From NCBI GenBank assembly GCA_948852945.1, contig CAQPBJ010000004.1, forward strand, positions 5,070-69,069: DNA of 64,000 bases, read 5' to 3'. The notes beneath the pieces are model-generated. The model did no database searches. It had not been told where the DNA came from and worked only from the letters and a program-made list of their open reading frames with translations. Of the stretch, positions 26,929 to 38,900 are shown piece by piece (the first letter of the stretch is position 1; each line of letters opens with the position of its first letter). The DNA comes from an uncultured Clostridia bacterium (GTDB lineage: Bacteria > Bacillota > Clostridia > TANB77 > CAG-508). Position numbers and translations under genes: made by a program.

Positions 26929-29900
26929 TCATTTTTTCTTAATAATAACTGTTACTGTTATTCCTAAGATTGCAAATATAGCTAATATTGCAAGTTTTAC
27001 GATAGTATTATCATCTTCTGCACCTGTTTTTATTGAAATTACTAAATCTGCTTTTCCTTTGTTGTCTTCTATCGTTATTTCTTCAAATCCTGCTTCATTG
27101 TCTACTTTTACTATTTCTGCTATGTTTTCCTTCATTCCTAAGTTGTTCTCTGATGGTGTCCATCTCATTACAACATTGTAGCTTCTTTCTTGTCCTGGCT
27201 CTAAGTCTTCTACACTTAAGATGGCTGTATCTTCGTGTATTACCCAATCTTTGTTATCAAGCTCGTTCATTGTCATTCCGCTTGGAATGTTTTCAATAAG
27301 CTCTGCTCCACCTTTTAATTCTGCTGTATTTGTTACTTTTATTTCATATGTAACAACCATTTCTGTAGATGCTATTTTGTTTTTGTCTAGCTCTACTTTT
27401 CCTATATTACCGTTTATTGATAATACTTGTCCGTTGTAAGCTATTTCTTTTACTTGTTTTTCTACTTTTAGGTTAAAGTCTTTTTTCTTGTAATAGTAGT
27501 CAACTCTTGTATCTTCTGCTGTCATATTTCCTTTAGCATTTTGTGGCATTTCTACTAAGTTATAGTACTTAACTTCTTTTTCTACTGTTTCATATTCATT
27601 ACCTTCGTGTCCGTCTATTACTTCTTCTGCTGCTATTGTTTCTTTTGTATCTATATCATAGTAGTTTGCAATTACTTTTGCAGGTCTTATGTAGTAGTAA
27701 ATAACTTCAGTTATATCATCTGTCATTGTTCCTTCTTTATTTGTTGGAACTTCTACTAAGTCATATCCTGGTATTTCTTTTTCTTCTGCCTTATAGTTAT
27801 CACCTTTATGTCCGTTTATTACTTCTTCTTCAGCAATTTCTTCACCTGTTATTTTATCTACATATTTTACTTGTACTTGTGTTTTCTTACTGTAGTAGTA
27901 TGTTACTACTATTTGCTCTATTCCCATTTTTCCTGTAGCATTTTCTGGGTATCTATCTCTTACTAAGTCATATCCCGGTATTGTTTGTTCATGTGTTTCG
28001 TAAGGGTCTTCTGCATATCCATAATATTGTTTTTCTGCTACTAGAGCTTCGTTAGTTAGAACGTCTAAGTGTCTTTCTACTACTCCAAGTGTTTCTCGTA
28101 CATAATAATATGTTACTATGGTATCTTCTTTAGTCATATTACCATTACTATTTTCTGGTACTTGAACTAGTTTATAGCCTTCAAATACTTTATTTTCTGT
28201 TGTGTATGGATCATCTTCATGTCCATTTTCTACTACATCTGGTGTTATTTTTTCTCCTGTTGTCTTATCTATATATTGTGCTGTAACTTTAGCTCTATGG
28301 ATATAGTAATATGTTACTGTTATTGGGCTTACTGTCATGTATCCTTCGCTATTTGCTGGTAATCTATCTTCTACTAAGTCATATCCTGTAAATGTTTTTG
28401 ATGGAATATTATACTCGTCTCCTTCGTTTCCTTCGTGAGTTCCGTTGTATAATACATCTCCACTTATTACATCTATATGTTGCTCAATTACTCCTCCTGA
28501 TACGTGTAGATAGTAGTATTTTAGAACTATTTCATCTTTAGTCATGTTTACTGTTTTTTGTTCTGGTTCTTGTACTAAGATATAATCGTCGAATGTTTTT
28601 GTTTCTGTTACAAATTCATCTCCTACTAAACCTGTTTCTGTTCTTTCGTCTAGTATTTCACCTGTTGTTATATCTATATATTGAACTGTTGCTCTAGTAT
28701 TCTTTAAGTAGTAATAAATTACTGTTAGAGGTTCTACTTCAAGTTGTCCTGTAGTATTTCCACTATTTTCAACTAAAGTATATCCTTCAATTTCTTTAGC
28801 ATCTGTTCTATACATCTCTCCTACTTTACCAGTTTGTTTTTCTGGTTTAGCAAGTTCGATGTCTGTATCTTTTTCTAAGTAGTAAATATTTAACTCAGCA
28901 TCTTTTACTGCATAGTAATAAGTAACTTCAATTACTTCTTCTGTCATTATACCTGTAGCATTTGCTGGTGTTTCAACTAATATATACTTAATTGGTATGT
29001 CATCTGCTGAAGTTGTTGTATAAGTAGAATCAATTAATCCTTCAATTTCAACATCTTCGCTTAGTTTATTAGTTGTACCTTCTTCGTAGTGGTGAACAAT
29101 TACTTTAGTTGATTTTAATTTGTAATAGTAGATTACTTCAATAGTGTCCTCTGTCATAGTACCAGTGGCATTTACTGGTGCTTGAGCCAATTCGTATTTA
29201 CTTGGTAAGTCTTCTGCTATAGTTGTTTCATAGTCGTCTCCAACTTTACCTGTAACTGTTACATCATTTGCTACTTTTTCAGTTGTACCTTCTTTATAAT
29301 GATGAACTACAACAGTTGCATCTTTCTTAGTGTAATATAAGTTAATTACATTATCTTTTGTTGATATAACTAATTCATCGATATTAGCTGAATCATAGTT
29401 ATATCCATAAATATCAACTACTTCGTCTTCGCTATTTATAACATCTTCAAATGTTACATTATCAACTACCTTTTGGTCTTTCAATACTTTGTTTGTATCT
29501 TTTTCTAAGTAGTTAACTGTATAACTTAAGTCAGTACGCTTTGTGTAGTAGATATTAATTACGTTTTCACTTGTTGTAATTATTAAAGTTTCTTTATCTA
29601 CTGAATCATAATTATATCCATCGATTGTAATAATTTCATCACTTGATGTTATTACATCTTCAAATGTTACGTTATTAACTACTTTTTGTTCACTTAATAC
29701 TTTGTTTGTGTCTTTCTCTAAGTAATTTACTTTATAACTCAAATCATTACGTTTAGTATAGTAAATATTTATTGCGTTTTCTTCTGTTGTTATTACTAAC
29801 TCGTCTTTATCTACTGAATCATAGTTATATCCATCGATTGTGATTACTTCATCACTTGATGTTATAACATCTTCGAATATCATTCCATCTTGTACTTTTT

Positions 29901-32900
29901 GAGTACTTAATACTTTGTCGGTATCTTTTTCTAAGTAATTTACTTTATAGCTTAAATCATTACGTTTTGTATAGTAGATGTTTATTAAATTTTCTCCTGT
30001 CTGTATTACTAATTCATCTTTATCTACTGAATCATAATTGTATCCATCGATTTCTATTATTTCATCACTTGAAGTTATTACATCTTCGAATGTTACGTCA
30101 TTAACTACTTTTTGAGTACTTAATACTTTATCTGTATCTTTTTCTAGATAATTCACTTTGTAACTTAAATCGTTACGTTTTACATAGTAGATATTAATTA
30201 CATTTTCTTCAGTTGTAATAGTTAATGTTTCTTTATCTACTGAATCATAGTTATATCCGTCTATTGTGATGATTTCATCATTTGAAGTTATTACATCTTC
30301 GAATGTTACGTCATTAACTACTTTTTGAGTACTTAATACTTTATCTGTATTTTTTTCTAAGTAGTTTACTTTGTAAGATAAATCATTACGTTTTGTATAG
30401 TAAATATTTATTATGTTTTCTCCTGTTGTAATAGTTAGGTTATCCTTATCAACTGAATTATAGTTATATCCGTCTATTTCTATTACTTCATCACTTGAAG
30501 TTATCACATCTTCGAATGTTACATTATCAACTACTTTTTGAGGATTCAATACTTTATTAGTATCTTTCTCTAAGTAATTTACTTTGTAACTTAAATCATT
30601 ACGTTTTGTATAGTAGATGTTTATGACGTTTTCTTCTGTTGTAATAGTTAGTGTTTCTCTATCTACTGAATCGTAGTTATATCCGTCTATTTCAATTATT
30701 TCATTGCTTGCAGTTATTACATCTTCAAATGTCATATTATTAACTACTTTTTGTATATTTAATACTTGGTTTGTATCTTTTTCTAAGTAGTTAACCTTAT
30801 AAGATAAATCATTACGTTTTACATAGTAAATATTAAGTATATTTTCTCCTGTTGTTATTACTAAAAATGGTTTATCAACTGAATCATATGTATAACCATC
30901 AATATCAATTATTTCATTGCTTGATGTTATTACTTCTGCAAACTTCATTCCGTCTTGATCTTTTTGAGGATTTAATACTTTATTAGTATCTTTCTCTAAA
31001 TAGTTAACTTTATAGCTTAAGTCTGTACGTTTTGTATAATAGATATTTATTACATTTTCACCATTTGTTATTGTTAAAATTTCTTTATTAAATGAATCAA
31101 ATATATATCCATCTATATCTATTTTTTCTGTATTAGCATCTATTGTAGTCCCATACTCATAGTTTCCACCTTGTTTTTGCTCATGTAATACTTCATTTGT
31201 ATCTTTTTCTAAATAGTTTACTACATAGCTGTATTCTTTTAATTTGTAGTAATATGTTACAACTGTTTGTTCTACTGTCATTATTCCATTTTTATTTTCT
31301 GGCTCTTCTACTAATTCGTAATAATTTGGTATATCGTCAGCTTCTTCAGTTGTATACTCATCATCTACTTTACCTTCAATTAATGCGTCTTCTGAAATAC
31401 TTTCAGTTGTGCCTTCTTTGTAGTAATGAACTAGCACTGATGTATCTTTTAATCTGTAATAGTAAGTAACTATTATTTCGTCTTCTGTCATTTTTCCTTC
31501 ACTATTTGCAGGAATTGCTACTAATTCGTATTTGTTATCCACATTTGCTTTACTAGTTGTGTAATCATCTGTAACAAATCCATTAATTACTTCATCTTGT
31601 GCTAAACTTCCATCTCCTAATGGTACTTTATCTGTAGTTCCTTCTATATAGTGATGTACTGTTACTTTTGCTGGAATTGCTTGATAATAGTAAATTACTT
31701 CTATATTTCCTTCAATATAGTTACCGCTTGCATTTTCAGGTTCTTGAACTAATCTATATTTGTCTGTAATATCTTCTCTTGCTTTAGTTGCATACATATC
31801 TCCAACATAACCTGTACTGTTTTCATCTTGAGCTTCTGTTCCATCTTTTAAAGGTACTTTGTTTGTTGTTCCTTCTATATAATGATGTACTGTAACTGTT
31901 CCTTGTAGTTTTTCAAATTCTGCTATTACTTTTATATCTGTTATTACATTATTAAATTTATCTAATGTATATGTTTTAGTATTTTCCTCTAATGTAATCT
32001 CTTCTTCTGTAATTGTTCCTTCTGCATCTATCTTTTGAACTTTAATTGATTTTATTTTATATTTTTCATCTGCTTCAACAATTATGTCTTTAGTTGATGT
32101 TTCATCAACAATAACATTTTCATAAGTCTCTTGACCTTCGCCTGAAATAGTTCCGCCTTTTACTGTTATTGTTTCTCCTGCTTCATTTACTTCTTCATGT
32201 CCTACAACTTCTGTTGTAATATCGTAATTTTTAAGTTTATAGTAATATGTTACAGTTACTTCTGAATACTCGTACGTACCTTTTTTATTTTCAGGTTCTT
32301 TTACTAATTCATATTTCCAATCAATATCATTCTTACTTGAAGTTTCATACTCTTCACCTTCTTGACCAATATAAACCTCATCTTCTGCTAAACTTCCATC
32401 TTCTAATGGTACACTAGTTTCAGTTCCTTCAATATAATGTTTTACTGTTAAAGGTATTTCTTTTGGTACATAATAATATGTTACTTCAATATCTTCGACT
32501 GTATATGTTCCCATAGCATTTGTAGGAATTATATACTCACCATTTTCATCTTTTTCTAGTTCGTATTTTTCTAAATCTACCTTTGGTAAAGTTTTATATT
32601 CTTCATTTGGTCTACCCTCTAGCATTTCATCTTCTGCTAGTGGTGTAGTGGTATCTTTAATATAGTGATGAACTATTACTTTTGCTTTCTTTTCATTTTC
32701 AATATTAAACTCATGAATCCCATCTGCTCTAAACTCTATTATTACTGGTTCTTCAAGTGTCCAGTATCCTTCTGGTGTTTCTATTTCTGTTAATTCGTAT
32801 TTACCAAAAGGTATTTGTGTAATTGCTTGTCCGTCTGAATTTGTTTCTACTTCCGTATGATATAATTCTGAGTCATTTGTTGTTACATTTATGCTATTTA

Positions 32901-35900
32901 TAGTAAATTTATCTTCTCCAAAAGATGTACTTGCATTTTTATAATATCCTAGATGTAAATAATAAACTTTTCCACCATCTAATACAGTATTGTAATCTTT
33001 TGCTTTTTGTGTTCCTGATATGTAGATAAATCTTCCTGTTGATGAATTATACGCCGGTCTTGTTGTATTTTCTGTTACAGTCGCATATCCCATGTCATAA
33101 CCACTTTGACTTTCAATCTCTGCATTTACTGTTAAATTATATTTTCCTACGTATCCAGTTAAGTCTATTGGTATATATGAATTTGCTGTTCTATTATCTT
33201 GTCCTTGGTTATTTGACTCATATTTGCCTTCATTTTCTACAAAATTATATGTAAATTGTTTATCTTTATATAAGCTAACACCATTTATTGAAACATTAGT
33301 TGGTGTTCCTGAACTATGTGTATATCCTAAATGTAAATAATATTGCTTTCCTCCATCTACATATGTTACATAGTCTTTAGCTGTAGATGTACTTGTTATA
33401 TACATAAATCTTCCTGTACTTGTACTATATGTTGGAGCTATTACGCTTTCATTTAAAGTTGCATATAAATATCCGCTTCCGCCTGTATAATTTGTTTCAG
33501 CATTAACAACTATTGCATATCTACCTTCTTTATCAGTTAAATCTATTGGTATATATGAATTTGCTGTTGTATTTACTTCACTTAAATTATTTGGTATGTA
33601 TTTTCCCTCTGACTCTACAAAATTATAACTTGTAGTAGTTGTAGCATATACATTAATACTATTTATCACTATTTGGTCATCACCTGTATCCGTGCTTGCA
33701 CTTTTTCTATAACCTAAATGTAAGTAGTATATTTTTCCTCCATCTAGTACCTTTGATGTATAATTGCTAGATGCTTGTGTTCCTGATATATAAATAAATC
33801 TTCCTGTACTTGTACTATAACTTGGTGCTGTTGTTGTTTCTGTTATAGTTGCGTATCCATAATCATTACTACTTTGACTTATTACTTCTGCATTTATAGT
33901 AACTATGTATTTACCTTCTTTACCGGTTAAATCTATTGGTATATATGAGTTTGCTGTTGTACTGTGCTTTCCTGATGTTCCACCATTAGCTACTTGATAT
34001 GTTTTACTATTAGTTGGTACATATTTTCCGTCTTGCTTAATAAAGTAATATGTTCCATTGTTAGTTAATTCTCCTAAACTATCTGTTATGTCATTTGATT
34101 TATCCGCTATAACAGTTTCTTTTCCATTTGATGTTAATATTCCATCTATTGTTTCTTGATTTTCAGTATCAACTGTATCATATATCTGTCCATTAGCTGT
34201 TAGGTCTCCTATAACATTTTCTGGATTTGCTCTTTCTTCTAACTGATCTAATTTAAATTTAGCACCAGTTAATTTTTCTTTAGTAATACTATCTATTTTA
34301 TTAATAGTAATTTTATTTTCTTTATAACTATATGTAACTTCTATATGCTTGTCTTCAGTAATATTCTCAAACTGTGGCATATTATAGCTTCCATCTTCAT
34401 TTATTTCAAATGGATATTCTTCACCATTTATAGTAATACCAATAATTTCATAATTTTCATCAGGCGTCATAACGATTTCTTTTGTACCATTATCACCATA
34501 TTTTACTTTTTCGTACGGTGTCCAATCTTCACCTGAAATATTTCCTCCCTTAATGTTATCAATTTCATTAACATCAGTAGTAATCTTAAATTCTTTTCTA
34601 GTATTTTCAACCACTAATTCTTCAATATCAGGAATTCCCATCTCTTCAGCTATTTTAATAATCATTACGTCAGAACTTCCCTTCTTATTTAAGACTAATC
34701 CATTTTCTAAATCAATTGTACTACTATTAAACCAACCTCCTACTACATAGCTTCCATCTCTTGTTTCTATTACTGAATTTATATAATCAGAGCTACCTTT
34801 ACCACCTATTGCTTTTGCCCATTCTGTTTCTCCTTTACTACTATACTTTATTATCATCCCATCAGAGTAATAAGAAGTATCATTATTGTTTAAAATTATT
34901 TCATTTCCTAAGTCTATACTATTAGATTCAAAATAACCTCCAACAACATAACCTCCATCACTTGTCGTTGTTACTGCTTCTACATAATCGTTACTATTTT
35001 CCCCTATTGCTTTCGCCCATTCTATACTTCCTTCTGTATCATACTTTATTATCATTCCTTCAGAAGCTTTATTAGTAGAATTTTTATTTTTTAATACTAC
35101 CCCATTTTCTAAATTTACTTCAATACTACGAAAATTTCCTCCTGCTATTATTCCTCCATCTCTGTTTTCTGCTACTGATGTTATTTTATCATATCCACTA
35201 CCACCTATTGCTTTTCCCCATTCTACCTTTCCATCTGTTGTGTACTTTATTATTATCCCGTCACCATCACCCTTACTATTTAATATGACTCCTCTTCCTA
35301 AATCGATTGTACTATCAAAATCTCCTCCTACTATTATTCCTCCATCTCTTGTTTCTGTTACTACTTTTATATGGTCATTATTACTTCCACCTATTCCTTT
35401 TGCCCACTCTACTTCTCCTTCAGAATTGTATTTAATTATCATTCCGTCACAATGACCTTTATTATTTAATACTATTCCTTTTCCTAAATTAATATTATTT
35501 GAATAAAACCATCCTCCTACTATTATTCCTCCATCTCTCGTTTCTTTTAGTGACTCTATCACATCTTGCTTATTTCCACCTATTTCTTTTGCCCATTCTA
35601 CTTCTCCACTGCTATCTAACTTGATTATTACTCCGTCATCTTTACCATTACTATTTAGTACTACTTCATTTCCTAAATCTATTGTACTATCTCTAAACCA
35701 GCCTCCTATTATATATCCTCCATCTCTTGTTTCTATTACTGAATATATTTTTATGTTTATCACTTTAGTCCATTCTACGTTTCCATTTTTCTCATATTTG
35801 ATTATTCTTTGACAAGATAAATCGTTATTCAATACTTCTCCATTTCCTAAATCAATACTTGAGCCTCCAAAATATCCTGCTATCATATATCCTCCATCTT

Positions 35901-38900
35901 TTGTTGCAACTACTGACTCTATATTGTCTGACTCACTTCCTCCTATTCCTTTTGCTTGTTTTATTACTACTTCTGGAACTTGTACTTCATTGAATTTGAT
36001 TATCATTCCATCAGCATGTCGACCTTTTTTACTTAATACTACTTGACTTTCTAAATCGATACTATTTGAATTAAATAATCCTCCTACTATTATTCCTCCA
36101 TCCATTGTTTCTACTACTGCCTTTATCTCTTCACTTTCTGAACCACCAACTCCTTTTGCCCATTCAGTTTTACCCTCTTCATTATATTTTATTATTACTC
36201 CATCTCTATATCCCTTATTCTGCAATATTATATCATTTCCTAAATCTACTGTAGGTCTACTAAACTGTCCTACTGCTATGTAACCTTTATCTTTTGTTTC
36301 AATAACCTTATTTATTCTATCTTCAGTTGATTGTCCTGTTATCCCTTTTGCCCATTCTACTATCCCATTGTTATTATACTTTATTATCATTCCACTACAA
36401 GTTGTCTCAGAATTTAATATTATACCATTTCCTAAATCTAATGTTTTACTACTAAAATATCCTCCTACTATATAATCTCCGTCACTTGTTTCTGCTACTG
36501 AATACACAAATTCATTACTACTGCCATTTATTGCTTTTGCCCATTCTACTTCTCCTTCAGAACTGTACTTAATTATCATTCCATCTCTATAATTTCCATA
36601 ATTCTTTAATGTCACTCCATTTTCAAAGTCTATTATTTCGGAAGAAAATGATCCTCCTACAATGCACCCCCCGTCTGCTGTTTCTGATATTGACTCTATT
36701 CCATCTTGATCACTCCCACCTATTTCTTTTGCCCATTCTACTTTGCCTTCTGATGTATATTTTATTATCATTCCATCATAAGTTCCTTTATTATTTAGTA
36801 CAACTCCATCTCCTAAATCTACGCTTTTTGAATTAAAAGTTCCTCCTACTATATATCCTCCATCTGACATTGCTATTACTGAATTTATTTTATCATCACT
36901 ACTTCCTCCAATTACTTTTGCACATTCTACTTCTCCTTTAGAACTATACTTGATTATCATTCCATCATAATTACCTTTTGAGTTATTCTTTAACACTACT
37001 CCATTTTCTAAGTCTATTTTTTCGCTATAAAAAATTCCTCCTGCTATATAACTTCCATCGTTAGTTTCTATTACTGAATTTATATGTTCACCAGTATTTC
37101 CACTTATTGCTTTTGCCCATTCTACATTTTTTTCCGCATCATATTTGATTACTATTCCATCAGAACTATAAAGCTTATTATTTTTACTAGTTACTACTAT
37201 GCCATTTCCTAAATCTATACTATTTGATTCAATCCATCCTCCTGCTATTATTCCACCATCACTTGTTTCAGTTACTGAGTAAATATAGTCTCTACCACCA
37301 CTACCACCTATTCCTTTCGCCCATTCTGCTTCTATTTTTGTCTTTCCTTCTCTTGATGCTCCTATTCCAAAGTAGTATTCTGATTTATTTATATCATATT
37401 TATTGGGTGCTTCTACTTCTACTGCTTTATATAGTCCTTCTTGTAGATCTGCTGTTATTTCTCCATTTGCATCTGTTGATACTGTGTAATATCCTCTTCC
37501 ATTTATTGTTTCTTTTGTTCCTATTATTTCACCTTTACTGTTTCTAGCTGGCACTTCACCATTGTCTACATTGTAGATTGCAAATTTTACATTAGCTAAT
37601 AATTCTCCTGTTTCTGCGTCTTTCTTGATTAGCTTAAATGATGGGTTGTCTTCTACTGTTACTATTACTTTGTTTCCTTCTACTGTATATTGCTTTGCTG
37701 TTTGTCCTTCTACTAATTCTTCCACAAATTGTAATGTTCCATCTTTTGCTTCTACTTTAAAGTTTATATCTTTTACTTTTGCATATCCTTCTGGTGCTAA
37801 TACTTCTTTTAATACATATTGTGCCTTTTCTTGTTCTGCTTTTTCTTCTACATATTGATATAAATTAGGTATTGTTATTTTTCCATTTTCATCTGTTATA
37901 AATTCTCCTAATTCTTTTGTTCCTTTATATAGCTTAAATTTTGCTCCTGCTAAATATACCGTTTCTTCTGTGTTATCTGATGTTTCTTCTTCTGTTTCTG
38001 TCATGTTTACGTTTGTTTTCTTTTGTATTTTTACTAACTCTAAGTTATAAGTTGGTATTTTTTCATCTTCTAGTGTCATATTTACTGTTGGTATACTATC
38101 TTCTTCTATAATTAGGCTTTCTTTTACTGTTCCTTCTATGATTTCTATTGTATATGTTCCGTCTGTATTTACAACTTTAAATTTTATTTGGCTTGCTAAA
38201 TAATACCCGTCAGCTTTTACTTCTTCTAACGTGTATTCTTCGTTTATTTTTAGTCCTTTTAAGTTTATTTCTCCGTTTATATTTGTTGTTACTGTTTTTC
38301 CGTTTTCTGGGAAGCCATATCCTGTTAGCTTGTATCTAACTCTTGATACTCTTACATCTGTTCCTTGTTCTACTTTTGTTATTTTTAAGTTTGCTTTTGC
38401 TTCGTCTTCTACGTTTACTATTAATTTATAGTTTTCGCCTTCATTTTTTGTAACTGTTATTTCGTCTTTTGTTGTTCCTGATATTTTTTCTACTGTTAGT
38501 TCTCCTGTTGTTTTATTTACATGACTAATAAACCTGATAGTATCCCCATTTAATTCATACTCATCTGGTGATTTTATTTCTTTTATTTCATATGTTCTTT
38601 CTGCGTAAAGGTTTGTTAGTCTTAATATTCCTTCTAGGTTTGTTACTCCAGTTTTAGCTTCTCCTGCTATTTCTAGTCTTTCTTCATTTGTTGTTATTTC
38701 TCTGAAGCTATAAGTTGCTCCTGGTACTATTTTCTCTTTTCCTATTTGGTATTTATTTAATTCTAAGTCATATTTTTCTGCTATTCTAAATCCTAATTTA
38801 TTTGGTTCTGTTTGAGTTTTATATTTTCCGTTTTCTGTATCTAAGCTAAAATATACTCCATGGTGACTATATGCTACTTGGTTAAATTCAACTCCATTTG

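Noticed and set aside
29330-37335. Regularly spaced repeats in the giant gene considered as a possible CRISPR array or noncoding satellite
   Set aside because: The repeat periods (213 nt and about 192 nt) are multiples of three. They are in frame and translate to conserved protein modules, and there are no unique spacers.
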